From Gemmatimonadota bacterium (lineage in GTDB: Bacteria; Gemmatimonadota; Gemmatimonadetes; Palauibacterales; KS3-K002), in contig JBDHKD010000002.1 of assembly GCA_039586575.1 (NCBI GenBank), positions 1,128-65,127 on the forward strand: DNA of 64,000 nucleotides. Reading direction: 5' to 3'. Below the pieces are notes generated by a model. The model did not search any database. It was not told the DNA's origin and saw only the letters and a program-made list of their open reading frames with translations. Shown here piece after piece: positions 9,387-18,807 of the stretch (positions within the stretch are counted from its first letter, which is position 1; each line of letters begins with the position of its first letter). The position numbers and the translations under genes are program-made.

Positions 9387-9698
9387 GTTTAGGTCTAGAG
9401 CCGGGCCCCGCTACGGCCGGGCGGTGAACCGCGAACCGAGACAGCCAGCTTGCAGGAACGGTCGGACGAACCGCTGGACGGTGGAGCGGCCCCTTCCAGC
9501 CGGCAGAGAGGGGGGCACCCGCTAGGCAGGCGTGGCCTGTGAAGCTGGGCCACTAGTGCCTGTTCTTTCGGCCAGCAGCCGGTCGACCGAGAGCACGGGA
9601 ATCTGGCTTCTCCCGGGCCGACTGTATAACGTGGGTGTGTGCCGCCCGGTTCCCGGCGTGGCCGCCCCCACCATCTCGGCAACAACACGTCTTTCGAC

Positions 9699-10625
9699 AT
9701 GCCTACTCTTCCTCTCGTCTGGCACGAGGCCTACGAGGCCGACATCGGCGTTCACGTCTTCCCCACCCGTAAGTACCGCGCCGCCTATGACTTGCTGGTT
9801 CAGGCGGGAACGATCAGCCCGTCCGACATCCTGCGACCGGAGCCGGCCAGCGACGAGCAGGTGGCTCTGGTGCATACGGAGCAGTACCTGCGCAAGATCA
9901 GGGAGAGCGCCTTCTCCTGGCAGGACGTGATGATGTTGGAGGTGCCCTTCTCGCAGGAACTGCGCGAGGCGATGTGGCTATGCACGGGTGGTTCGATCCT
10001 GACGGGGCGGCTGGCCCTGGAGCACGGGCTGGCCGTCCACCTCGGCGGAGGCTTTCACCACGCTTTCCCCGATCACGGTGAAGGGTTCTGCCTGATCAAC
10101 GATGTGGCGATCGCGGTGCGCGTACTGCGAGCGGAGGGACGGATTGAACGGGCGGCCGTCGTCGATTGTGACCTGCACCACGGCAACGGCACCGCCGCGG
10201 TCTTCGCCGAGGAACCCGAGGTCTTCACCTTCTCGATGCACCAGGAACACAACTACCCGATGTGGAAGCCGCCCAGCGACCTGGACCTCGGGCTGCCCGA
10301 CCTCACCAGTGATGCCGAGTACCTGGCCCTGCTCGACAAACACCTGCCGCGGATTCTCGATGAGCACCGACCGGAGCTGGTCTTCTACCTGGCCGGCGCC
10401 GACCCGTACAAGGAGGACCAGCTGGGCGGTCTCGGCCTGACTCTGGAAGGGTTACGTCGCCGCGATGAGTTCGTGTTGCAGACGGCAGCCGCCGCCGGTG
10501 TGCCGCTCGCCGCTACGCTAGCTGGCGGCTATGCCCGCCGCTTCGAGGACACGGTCGAGATCCACTGCCAGACGGTGCGTGCTGCCCGGGTTCAGTTCGA
10601 GGCGCTGAAGAGTGGCCAGTGGTGA
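9699..10625 (+). CDS. Histone deacetylase family protein (HDAC/AcuC/arginase-deacetylase fold), 308 aa
   Basis: Hallmarks of class I/II HDAC-like amidohydrolases: start MPTLPLVWHEAY, GGGFHHA, DxDxHHGNG, and GGY near the C-terminus. Confidence 0.85.
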   Translation: MPTLPLVWHEAYEADIGVHVFPTRKYRAAYDLLVQAGTISPSDILRPEPASDEQVALVHTEQYLRKIRESAFSWQDVMMLEVPFSQELREAMWLCTGGSILTGRLALEHGLAVHLGGGFHHAFPDHGEGFCLINDVAIAVRVLRAEGRIERAAVVDCDLHHGNGTAAVFAEEPEVFTFSMHQEHNYPMWKPPSDLDLGLPDLTSDAEYLALLDKHLPRILDEHRPELVFYLAGADPYKEDQLGGLGLTLEGLRRRDEFVLQTAAAAGVPLAATLAGGYARRFEDTVEIHCQTVRAARVQFEALKSGQW

Positions 10626-11209
10626 GTCAGGCTCAGCAGTAACCCGAAGTCGTGCGCCTTGCCGACGCCGAAGAAAAGCTGCGTGCCTTCGTCGAGGTCG
10701 AGCCTCGTCGATGTCGCTCCACGCAGCGACGTGATGGCCTCGCTCATCAGCGAACTGACTGAGCGCTGCCGTTCTTTGCCTTGCTCGAGCTGCCAGGTCA
10801 GGGGCAAGAGTGAGGGAAGGGCCAGGCGGCTCTCGGCGCCGGGAAGCCCGGCAGTCGGGGCTGGCTGCGACGCCACACCGCCGGCGTGGTAGAACGCCAG
10901 ACTGGCGCCAAGGTCGAAGCCACCCGCGTTTCGCGCCCGCGAAAGCTGGAACGTCGCCTGCAATCCCATACCGCCGAACCACGACCCGAGGGCCGAGGAT
11001 AAGGATGTACTCGCCCGCATCACCTCGGCTGTCAGAGGGGCGACCCCAAGCCGAGAGTCCGACTCGCCCAGGCCGGGCACCAAGCTCGCCCGCAGATGCG
11101 TCCCCACGCTCGCGGCCGGAACATCGCGCTCGCTCTGGCCAGAGGCTACCCCGGGCCACAAGTGCAAGAAGATGATCGGCGCGAGCGCGATGCAGCACAG
11201 GCGCATCAT
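10592..11209 (-). CDS. Secreted hypothetical protein (205 aa)
   Basis: ATG-ATG start at 11209 gives signal peptide MMRLCCIALAPIIFLHLWPGVASGQ; no recognisable domain. Confidence 0.45.
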   Translation of the reverse strand: MMRLCCIALAPIIFLHLWPGVASGQSERDVPAASVGTHLRASLVPGLGESDSRLGVAPLTAEVMRASTSLSSALGSWFGGMGLQATFQLSRARNAGGFDLGASLAFYHAGGVASQPAPTAGLPGAESRLALPSLLPLTWQLEQGKERQRSVSSLMSEAITSLRGATSTRLDLDEGTQLFFGVGKAHDFGLLLSLTHHWPLFSASN

Positions 11210-11404
11210 CGTGGCTGAGAGTCCCTCACAAGAGGAACGGTTCGGCTTGGTTCGCAAATTGATTCCCGTCATAGCATCAAAATAACTAAAACCATTCCTG
11301 CCTGATACACAAGGCCGCCCTGCGAGTTCCCGGGCGGGTGTAGGCGGCTCCGCCATTGCATTATTGTGAATCGCGCTTACTGATTACTCTGATCACGGAT
11401 CACC

Positions 11405-11500
11405 GGCCACGGGCACGACAGGGGTGCTGGGGAGTCACCCGGCTGAGATCACACCCTGGAACCTGATCCGGGTAATGCCGGCGCAGGGAGTCAGCCAACC
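11405..11500 (+). ncRNA. TPP (THI-box) riboswitch in the 5' leader of the tenA pair
   Basis: Conserved thi-box elements visible directly: GGGGTGCTGGGGAG…CTGAGA…ACCCTGGAACCTGATCCGGGTAATGCCGGCGCAGGGAG, 60-150 nt upstream of the first TenA start. Confidence 0.85.
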
Positions 11501-11560
11501 CCTCCGTCCCTTCCTGCCATTCGCTCGCAGCGCAGTGTCTGCTGAGTAGGGGGAATCGTC

Positions 11561-12226
11561 ATGAGTTTCTGTGCGGAAAAACTCGCCCGGGTGCGTCCGG
11601 TTTGGGACCGGATCCTAAGTCACCGCTTTCTGGAGGAGACGCGGGACGGGACCGTCGCCCACGAGACTTTCGCGACGTGGATGCGGCAGGACTATCTGTT
11701 CGTCGAAGCGGCGATCCCGTTCATCGCGGCGCTCATGCCGAGAGCACCGCTGGAGCATCGGCAGGCGCTGGGCCAGGCGCTGCCGGTGCTCGAGACCGAG
11801 TTGGGTCTGTTCCGTGAGCGGGCGGGGAAGGCGGGCGTCGACCTGGAGAACGTCCGACCCTCCTTCGTCAACCATGCTTATGTTCAATTCCTGCTGGCGA
11901 GCGCGTACACGAAGTCATACGCGGGAGCTTTCACCGTGCTCTACGTGGCGGAGAAGGCTTACTACGACTCGTGGATGGTCGTCAGGCAGGGGATCGACGA
12001 AGGGTCGATCTGGTATCCGTTCGTCGAGAACTGGACCAGCGATGCGTTCAAGGCGTGGGTCGATTTCCTGCAGACGAACCTGGACTCACTAGCCGAGGAG
12101 GCGGGCCCGGCCGAGCGGTCCGAGATGGCCGAGCTGTTCGAGCTCACCGCCAAGTACGAGCTCGCCTTCTGGGAGATGGCGGCGACCGGCCAGGGCTGGC
12201 CCTGTATGGACGAGGAGGTGGCCTGA
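11561..12226 (+). CDS. TenA/THI-4/PqqC-family protein; the active-site-Cys region of copy 2 is not shared (221 aa)
   Basis: Heme-oxygenase-like TenA fold motifs (FATWMRQDYLFV…YVAEKAYYDSW…ELAFWEMA); no counterpart of the PCAWGY Cys motif of the downstream paralog. Confidence 0.75.
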   Translation: MSFCAEKLARVRPVWDRILSHRFLEETRDGTVAHETFATWMRQDYLFVEAAIPFIAALMPRAPLEHRQALGQALPVLETELGLFRERAGKAGVDLENVRPSFVNHAYVQFLLASAYTKSYAGAFTVLYVAEKAYYDSWMVVRQGIDEGSIWYPFVENWTSDAFKAWVDFLQTNLDSLAEEAGPAERSEMAELFELTAKYELAFWEMAATGQGWPCMDEEVA

Positions 12227-12891
12227 TGGCGTTCACCGAGGAGCTACAGGCGGCGGCGAAGTCGATCTGGGACGCCCAGCTCGAGCACCCCTACGTGCGG
12301 GGGATCGGGGACGGCTCGCTCGACGAAGAGCTGTTCAAGAACTGGGTGCTCCAGGACTACCGCTACCTCAAGGAGTTCGCGCGGATCTTCGCCTGGGCGG
12401 TGGCGAAATCCGACCGGCTGGACTCGATGGGCTGGTATGCGGCGGTGCTCAACCTGACGCTCAACACCGAGATGGAGCTACACCGGCAGTACGCCGCCCG
12501 CTTCGCTCTCACGCCGGACGACCTGGAAGCGACCCCCATGTGGCCGACCACCCGGGCCTACACCGATTTCCTGGTGCGCACGGCGGCGGACGGCGACATG
12601 GCGGATCTGATAGCGGCGCTCTTGCCCTGCGCCTGGGGCTACGTCTACGTGGCGCAGCGCCTGGCCAAGGACGCGCTGCCCGCGGACCAGCGATACGCCG
12701 ATTGGATCGCCCAGTACGCGTCCGACGAGTTCGCCCAGGCGGCCGAGTGGCTGAAGGACGAGATGAACCGGCTGGCTGAGGGCGCGACAGCGGAGAAACG
12801 CCAACGGCTCAAAGAGACCTTTGTGCTCTCCAGTCGTTACGAGTGGGCGTTCTGGGAGATGTGCTGGAAGGGCGAGGCGTGGCCGGTGTAG
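12226..12891 (+). CDS. tenA: TenA family aminopyrimidine aminohydrolase (thiaminase II), Cys-containing type (221 aa)
   Basis: Start ATG overlaps upstream stop (TGATG); motifs NWVLQDYRYL, LLPCAWGYVYVAQRL (putative catalytic Cys), YEWAFWEM. Confidence 0.8.
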   Translation: MAFTEELQAAAKSIWDAQLEHPYVRGIGDGSLDEELFKNWVLQDYRYLKEFARIFAWAVAKSDRLDSMGWYAAVLNLTLNTEMELHRQYAARFALTPDDLEATPMWPTTRAYTDFLVRTAADGDMADLIAALLPCAWGYVYVAQRLAKDALPADQRYADWIAQYASDEFAQAAEWLKDEMNRLAEGATAEKRQRLKETFVLSSRYEWAFWEMCWKGEAWPV

Positions 12892-13155
12892 CGGTGGCGC
12901 CGGGCGGGGCGGCGGTAACGAGCGTGGAAGGGTCCCAGAACCGCCGCGTGGAACAATCGTCCCAGACCCGCCGGCCGCGAGCGCTGCCTGGCGGCAGTCG
13001 GCCCCGTTAAGACTGGCGGCACCACCGACTCTGGAGCTGTGCGGACGAGGAGTGGTTCGCTCCGCTGACGTCGTCGCTTCGGGCCCCTGGCCCGTAGCCT
13101 TCAAGTAAGCAGGGCGGCGTTAGAAGGGCGTCAAAAACTCGGGCCGTAGCGTTAT

Positions 13156-14106
13156 TCACACCGCGAGCGCCTGCCAGGCGGCTTCGGCGATGGCGGCATC
13201 CTGGGCTCCCACCCCCGTCAGGTCGCAGACGATCAGTTCTTTGCCCTGACGTCCCGGTCTGGCGCCGATCAGCACTTCGCCGAGCTCGGCATGTACCGAC
13301 TCGGGTGCCAGGACACCCTCTTCCACGGCGTGGTGCAGCTCGCCGAGCGCCAGGCACTGGCTCAGCCGGTCGACGATGATCTTGTCGGCTCGGGTCAGCG
13401 CTCCCGTCGGCAACTCCCGCTTGTCGGGTCCGTCGGAGCCGACCGCGATCACCGTGGCGTGTGGGGCCAGGGCCTCGCCGCTGATGAGCGGAACGCGACT
13501 CGGGGTGGCTGTGATGAGCAGGTCGGCCCCCCGCACCGCCTCATCCGGGCCAGGTGCCGTACTGAAGGGAACACCGAGCTCCGCTTCCATCTCGGCACAG
13601 TAACGGGAGAGTCGGTCGGCGTGCGGGCTCCAGGCTATAGTCCGTTCCCAGCGCCGCACCTGTGCCAGCGCCCGCAGCTGGAAGCGTGCCTGAGTCCCGC
13701 TGCCCAGCATGGCGACCGTACCAACCGACTCAGGCGCCAGCAGGCGCGCGGCCAGCGCGCCGGCGGCCGCCGTTCGCAGGTCGGTCAGGTAGCCGTTGTC
13801 TGCCAGAAGAGCGGTCGGGAAACCGGTGGCGGCATCGAACACGAGGATCAGTCCGGAGCCGGACGGTAGCCCGCGCTCGACGTTGCGATAGAAGCCGCTG
13901 GCGATCTTGACGGCGAACACCGGTGCGCCTCTCAGGTAGGCCGACTTCACGTGGACTTCGCCGTCGGCTTCGGGAACCGCGAGACCCACCGGGGGCGGCA
14001 GCTCCACGGCGCCTTCCGCCAGAGCCCGAAAAGCCTTCTCGGCGGCGGCCAGCGCCTCGGGCTCCTTGACAGCCGCGCGGATGTCGGTTTCCTCGATGAC
14101 ACGCAT
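13156..14106 (-). CDS. Ornithine cyclodeaminase / mu-crystallin family protein (316 aa)
   Basis: Rossmann motif MLGSGTQA, family-typical N-terminus (…AVKEPEALAAAEKAFRALAEGAV…) and C-terminus. Confidence 0.85.
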   Translation of the reverse strand: MRVIEETDIRAAVKEPEALAAAEKAFRALAEGAVELPPPVGLAVPEADGEVHVKSAYLRGAPVFAVKIASGFYRNVERGLPSGSGLILVFDAATGFPTALLADNGYLTDLRTAAAGALAARLLAPESVGTVAMLGSGTQARFQLRALAQVRRWERTIAWSPHADRLSRYCAEMEAELGVPFSTAPGPDEAVRGADLLITATPSRVPLISGEALAPHATVIAVGSDGPDKRELPTGALTRADKIIVDRLSQCLALGELHHAVEEGVLAPESVHAELGEVLIGARPGRQGKELIVCDLTGVGAQDAAIAEAAWQALAV

Positions 14107-14120
14107 CGCTCGGTCCTCGC

Positions 14121-14720
14121 CTAGCGTCGACGCCTCAGGTAACAGCGCATGATCGGCCGGGTGCCCGAGCGGCGCGCCACCTCCTCGAAACCCGCTTCGC
14201 GAAACGCCGATGCCGTGCCCGTCCAGACAAAAGCGTCCGCCGTGTGTCCCTTCTTCGGCTCGACTGGATACCCCTCGACGATCCGCGCACCCCGTGCCCG
14301 GGCATGCTTGACCGCCGCCTCGAGCAGCCGGCTCGAGATCCCTTCACGGCGATGTGGCTTGGCCACGAAGAGACAGACGACTGACCAGACCTGCTCGTCA
14401 TCGACCGGCTTCAGGATTCGTGACGTGTCCAGCCGGGGAAAGGCCTCGCGCGGCTGGACCGCGCACCAGCCGACCGGCTCGTCATCCAAGTAAGCCAAGA
14501 GGCCTGGCTCGGCACCCGAGTCCACGATTCGCTTGAACGCCCGCCGGTTCTTCTCGCCCTTCCGCTGCTCGAACTCCGAATGACGCAGCCGCCACCACAT
14601 GCACCAGCACCCCCCACAAGCGCCACGCATCCCAAACAGCTGCTTCAAGTCAGCCCAACGCTCGGGCGTGAGCGACTCGAACCTCAGCGTCGTTCTTTCG
14701 TCTGGTCTCCGGCGTGGCAT
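14121..14720 (-). CDS. GNAT family N-acetyltransferase (199 aa)
   Basis: ATG at 14720 preceded by GAGGAGACAGGG RBS; acetyl-CoA binding region (…VAKPHRREGISSRLLEAAVKHARARGARIVEGYP…). Confidence 0.75.
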   Translation of the reverse strand: MPRRRPDERTTLRFESLTPERWADLKQLFGMRGACGGCWCMWWRLRHSEFEQRKGEKNRRAFKRIVDSGAEPGLLAYLDDEPVGWCAVQPREAFPRLDTSRILKPVDDEQVWSVVCLFVAKPHRREGISSRLLEAAVKHARARGARIVEGYPVEPKKGHTADAFVWTGTASAFREAGFEEVARRSGTRPIMRCYLRRRR

Positions 14721-14915
14721 CCCTGTCTCCTCGCGGAGCATGTACGGTCGTGGCGGTCGCTCGAACAAGAGTGCCTTCTTGGGGCCGCCCTAGCAAGCGG
14801 ATGCTGTCCTCCCTGCCGGGAAGGCCTAGTTCTAGACGCGAGCCGCTCGAGGCCGCATCTTGACGCCGGCCTCACCCAACAGAAGGCGACGCCCCACCCG
14901 CAACCGCACGGAGCG

Positions 14916-16592
14916 ATGACGAACGCACAGCAAACATCGGGAACCTTCAAGCCGTCGGACTACCAGCCGCCGTTGCCCCTGGATCGCCTCGTGCTCGAGG
15001 TCGCGCCCGACGAAGAGGCGGTCCCTATGGACGTCCTCTTTGTAGGCGGTGGCCCGGCCGGGCTCGCTGGGGCCATCGAGCTGGCCCGTCTCGTCGCCCA
15101 GGACAACGAGAGCGGCGGCGGCTTGGGCGAGCTGGAGATCGGCGTGTTGGAGAAGGCCGGATCGCTCGGCGAGCACTGCATGTCGGGCGCCATAGTGAAC
15201 CCGGGCCCCTTTCGCGAGCTCTTTCCCGATGTGTCTGACGCCGAGTTGCCCTTTCGCCGGCCGGCGCCCAGGGATCGTGTCTACATGCTCTCGGAGAGAG
15301 GCAAGGCCCGCATCCCCACACCGCCCACCATGCATAACAAGGGGAACTACGTAGCGTCGATCTGCGAGATCGTGCGCTGGATGGGCGAGCGGGCCGAGGC
15401 CGCCGGGGTCAACGTCTTCACCGGCTTTCCGGCCGAAGCGCTGCTCGTGGAGGGCGAGCGCGTCGTTGGGGTGCGCACGACAGCGACCGGGCTCGACCGG
15501 GAGGGCCAACCGGGCAGCGGGTACATGCCGCCCACCGACGTCACGGCCCGGGTCACGGTTCTGAGCGAGGGAACCCGGGGGACCCTGGGCCAGGCGTTCA
15601 TGAGCTGGCAGGCGGTGAGAGCCCCCAACCCGCAGATCTACGCTCTGGGAGTCAAGGAGCTGTGGCAGGTGAAGCAGCCGCTCGATCAAGTGATTCATAC
15701 CATGGGCTGGCCGCTCCCCAGGGATGTCTTCGGCGGCAGCTGGCTGTATCCGATGGCCGATGACCTGATCTCGATCGGCCTGGTCGTCGGCCTCGACTAC
15801 CGCCAGCACTCGCTCGATGCGCATGTGCTGCTTCAGATCCTAAAGGGCCACCCGCTCGTCGCACGGTACCTGGACGGTGGTGAGCTATTGGAGTGGGGTG
15901 CCAAGACGATACCGGAGGGCGGCTACTATTCGATACCGGAACGCCTGCATGGCGACGGCCTGCTCATCGCCGGCGATGCGGCCGGGCTCGTCGATGTCCC
16001 GTCCCTCAAGGGGATCCACTACGCGGTCCAGTCGGGAATCTTCGCCGCTCGCGCCATCTTTGAGGCACTGAAGCGAGACGACACATCGGCGGCTGGCCTG
16101 GCCGGTTATGACGCCCTGGTCCGTGACAGCTACATCGGCAAAGACCTCTACGCGACCCGCAACATGCGTCTCGCGTTCAAGTCCGGCTTGTTTGGCGGCA
16201 GTCTGAAAGCGGCGCTGATGACCGCGACTAAGGGCGTCTTGTTCGGCGGTCGGATGAGCGTTCTGGCAGACGCCGATGAGCCGCGCGAGGTAACGCGGGC
16301 CGCCCAATTCACGCCTGACGGCGAGCGCACGCTGAGCAAACTGGACGCCGTATTCCGCGCCGGCAACGCCACGCGTGACGACATACCGAGCCACCTGATC
16401 GTCGGCGCCGAAATCCCACCGGATGTGGCGGACCTCTATGTGCACATGTGCCCGGCCGGCGTTTACGAGCGGGATGGCGACCGGCTCGTCGTCAATGCGC
16501 CCAACTGCATCGACTGCAAGGCGACGGATGTCATCGGGCCCCGCTGGACGCCGCGCGAGGGTGGGAGCGGTCCCAGCTACAAGCGGATGTAG
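14916..16592 (+). CDS. Electron-transfer flavoprotein:ubiquinone oxidoreductase (ETF-QO), 558 aa
   Basis: FAD motif DVLFVGGGPAGLAGA, central ETF-QO domain and C-terminal 4Fe-4S ferredoxin-like cysteines (CPAGVY…CIDCKA); ATG at 14916 with GGAG RBS (the 14580 extension is Pro/His-rich). Confidence 0.85.
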   Translation: MTNAQQTSGTFKPSDYQPPLPLDRLVLEVAPDEEAVPMDVLFVGGGPAGLAGAIELARLVAQDNESGGGLGELEIGVLEKAGSLGEHCMSGAIVNPGPFRELFPDVSDAELPFRRPAPRDRVYMLSERGKARIPTPPTMHNKGNYVASICEIVRWMGERAEAAGVNVFTGFPAEALLVEGERVVGVRTTATGLDREGQPGSGYMPPTDVTARVTVLSEGTRGTLGQAFMSWQAVRAPNPQIYALGVKELWQVKQPLDQVIHTMGWPLPRDVFGGSWLYPMADDLISIGLVVGLDYRQHSLDAHVLLQILKGHPLVARYLDGGELLEWGAKTIPEGGYYSIPERLHGDGLLIAGDAAGLVDVPSLKGIHYAVQSGIFAARAIFEALKRDDTSAAGLAGYDALVRDSYIGKDLYATRNMRLAFKSGLFGGSLKAALMTATKGVLFGGRMSVLADADEPREVTRAAQFTPDGERTLSKLDAVFRAGNATRDDIPSHLIVGAEIPPDVADLYVHMCPAGVYERDGDRLVVNAPNCIDCKATDVIGPRWTPREGGSGPSYKRM

Positions 16593-16671
16593 CTAATTCG
16601 ACTCCGCAGGAATAAGTTCCGGGCCCTCGTCCGCAGAGTCCTCGACTCGAACCGATCCTGTGGAGGTCACC

Positions 16672-17304
16672 ATGCGATTAGTCCCCCTGGCGCTGGCGCT
16701 CGCCGCATTCGTGTCGCCGCTCGCGGCACAGGAAAACGAACTCGAGCGACCGGCTGACTGGAACGTCCGCTTCGATCAACCGGCGCCCGACAGCGCCATC
16801 TACTTCGTTACGATGCCGCCCGGTTGGCACATCACCACGGGACCCGCCGCCATCCTTTATCCTGCCTCGCAACCGGCGGTCGGCGAGTTCCGTGTGCAGT
16901 CGGAGATCTTTCTCTTTCCAGGTGAGCGAAAAGAGGGCTTCGGCGTCTTCGTCGGCGGCACGGATTTGGAGGCAGCGGGCCAATCATACCTCTATTTCCT
17001 GATCCGCAAAGATGGCCGTTTCCTGGTCAAACACCGAGCCGGGAATGATACTCACGTTATCATCCCGTGGACCGAGCACGCTGCCATCGTCAAGCACGAG
17101 GGAGGTGAAGGGACCGCCAAGAACGTACTCGCCATTGCATGCGGTGCGGAGCGTGTGAGCTTCCTCGTGAATGATCAACAGGTGGCCTGGCTCCCGCGCG
17201 CCCAGATGAACGTGGAAGGCGTCGTGGGACTGCGGGTCAACCACGGGCTCGATCTGCACGTCTCTGAACTGAGCGTCACGCCGCTGGCCGGCGGTTCTCG
17301 CTAG
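16672..17304 (+). CDS. Secreted DUF1080-like (3-keto-disaccharide hydrolase / concanavalin-like jelly-roll) protein, 210 aa
   Basis: ATG at 16672 after GGAGGTCACC RBS; signal peptide MRLVPLALALAAFVSPLAAQ; beta-rich pattern ending …VGLRVNHGLDLHVSELSV. Confidence 0.5.
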   Translation: MRLVPLALALAAFVSPLAAQENELERPADWNVRFDQPAPDSAIYFVTMPPGWHITTGPAAILYPASQPAVGEFRVQSEIFLFPGERKEGFGVFVGGTDLEAAGQSYLYFLIRKDGRFLVKHRAGNDTHVIIPWTEHAAIVKHEGGEGTAKNVLAIACGAERVSFLVNDQQVAWLPRAQMNVEGVVGLRVNHGLDLHVSELSVTPLAGGSR

Positions 17305-17422
17305 CCGTTCCTGGCTCGGCTTCGCCTCGTGGCCCCACCGCCCGGCTGCGGTGGGGCTTTCTTTCGTCATCCGTGTCGGCGAGACAAATTGTCAACAGGC
17401 CCCGACGACACCGGAGAGCGCC

Positions 17423-18118
17423 ATGCAGGTGATCGGCCTATTGGGCGGCATGAGCTGGGAATCGACGATCGAGTACTATCGGATCATCAACCAGGAGGTG
17501 CGAAGACGGCTCGGTCGCCAACACTCGGCCAAGATCCTCATGTACAGCGTCGACTTCGAGGAAATCGAGCGCCAACAGGACACCGGCGCTTGGGATCGCG
17601 CCGGCCAGCTGCTCGCCACCGAGGCGAAGCGCCTGGAGCGCGGCGGCGCCGACTTCATCCTCCTCTGCACCAACACCATGCACAAGGTCGCCTCGGCCAT
17701 CGAAGACGCGCTCCGTATACCGCTGGTGCATATCGCCGACGCCACCGCCCAGCGCATTCGGGAAGCCGGCCTCTCGCGTATCGGGCTCCTCGGCACCCGC
17801 TTCACCATGGAGGAGGACTTCTACACAGGCCGGCTCGCCAAGATGCACGACCTCCAGGTGATCGTGCCCGAGAAGCACGACCGGACGATCGTTGACCGCG
17901 TCATCTACTCCGAACTCTGCCAGGGGCAAGTCCTCGACCCATCACGGCGCGAGTTCGTCCGCATCATCGAAGCTCTGGCAGGCCAGGGGGCGGAAGGTGT
18001 GATCCTCGGCTGTACCGAGATCGGACTGCTGGTGCGCCCGGACGACTCGCCGATCCCCGTCTTCGACACCGCGCGCATCCATGCCCTGGCCGGCGTGAGT
18101 CTGGCGCTCGGCGCCTAG
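17423..18118 (+). CDS. Aspartate/glutamate/hydantoin racemase family protein (231 aa)
   Basis: Asp/Glu racemase motifs (GLLGGMSWEST…ILLCTNTMHKV…ILGCTEIGLL) including the two catalytic Cys regions. Confidence 0.8.
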   Translation: MQVIGLLGGMSWESTIEYYRIINQEVRRRLGRQHSAKILMYSVDFEEIERQQDTGAWDRAGQLLATEAKRLERGGADFILLCTNTMHKVASAIEDALRIPLVHIADATAQRIREAGLSRIGLLGTRFTMEEDFYTGRLAKMHDLQVIVPEKHDRTIVDRVIYSELCQGQVLDPSRREFVRIIEALAGQGAEGVILGCTEIGLLVRPDDSPIPVFDTARIHALAGVSLALGA

Positions 18119-18140
18119 CCAGCCGGGCCGCCCGAGCGCC

Positions 18141-18180
18141 TATTGACAAGTATATTGCCATAATGACAATATTATAGACG
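18141..18180. promoter_or_regulatory. AT-rich promoter/operator island upstream of marR-like gene, containing TTGACA and palindrome ATATTG-N9-CAATAT
   Basis: About 40 nt of under 35% GC in a 67% GC genome: tATTGACAAGTATATTGCCATAATGACAATATTATAGACG. It has a -35 hexamer, TATAAT-like hexamers and a perfect 6-bp inverted repeat, and sits 30-70 nt upstream of the MarR start. Confidence 0.45.
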
Positions 18181-18210
18181 ATATGGTAAGACTCTGGGGG
18201 ACCTAAGGTT

Positions 18211-18807
18211 ATGAAGAGTCTCGGGATCCGGGCGCTCGGCGACCTGCAGACTGAAGCGCCGCCGGCAGCGGTCTCGGCGGCTGAGCCGTCGAGCGGCGTA
18301 GCTGAGCGGGCAGGACTCGGTCGCCCGTCTGTCGGTGTCCAGTCGCCGGGTGTCCGGGGGTGGGCGCCGGCCCAGGCGGCTCTGCTCGCCACGAGCGCCG
18401 ATCTGGTGCGGTCGGCCCGTGCGGTGAGTGAGGCGCTCAACCGTCAGCACGGCGTGACCGGCAGTGGGCGGGCGATCCTTAGGGAGCTGGTGACCCATGG
18501 TCCTCTGACGGTCCCCGCTCTGGCGCGCGGGCGAGGAGTGACTCGGCAGCGCGTGCAGACGCTGGTCAGCGCGCTGGTCGAGGCCGGCTACGTGGAGCTT
18601 GTGGACAATCCCGCTCACAAGCGCTCGCGCTTGGCGCGATCGACTGCAAGGGGGCTAGCGCTGCTGGAGCGGTTGGAGCGCCGGGAGCGAGAGGAACTGG
18701 CCTTACTGAAGGTCGCCGTCAGCGACGCGGAGCTGAGGCGAGCCGTGGCGGTACTCCAGGCTGTGAGCGAGGCTTTCGCAGATCACCGTCCCTCGGCGGC
18801 ATCATAG
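18211..18807 (+). CDS. MarR family transcriptional regulator (198 aa)
   Basis: Winged-helix MarR core (…GRAILRELVTHGPLTVPALARGRGVTRQRVQTLVSALVEAGYVELVDNPAHKRSRLARSTARG…). Confidence 0.75.
   Translation: MKSLGIRALGDLQTEAPPAAVSAAEPSSGVAERAGLGRPSVGVQSPGVRGWAPAQAALLATSADLVRSARAVSEALNRQHGVTGSGRAILRELVTHGPLTVPALARGRGVTRQRVQTLVSALVEAGYVELVDNPAHKRSRLARSTARGLALLERLERREREELALLKVAVSDAELRRAVAVLQAVSEAFADHRPSAAS

Noticed and set aside
14580-14915. N-terminal extension of ETF-QO from the first in-frame ATG
   Set aside because: Pro/His/Ala-rich. It overlaps the GNAT gene on the opposite strand. The ATG at 14916 has a GGAG RBS and the typical ETF-QO N-terminus follows.
14832-15824. 330-aa minus-strand ORF antisense to ETF-QO
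   Set aside because: GC-driven antisense ORF. The ETF-QO frame carries the FAD and 4Fe-4S motifs.
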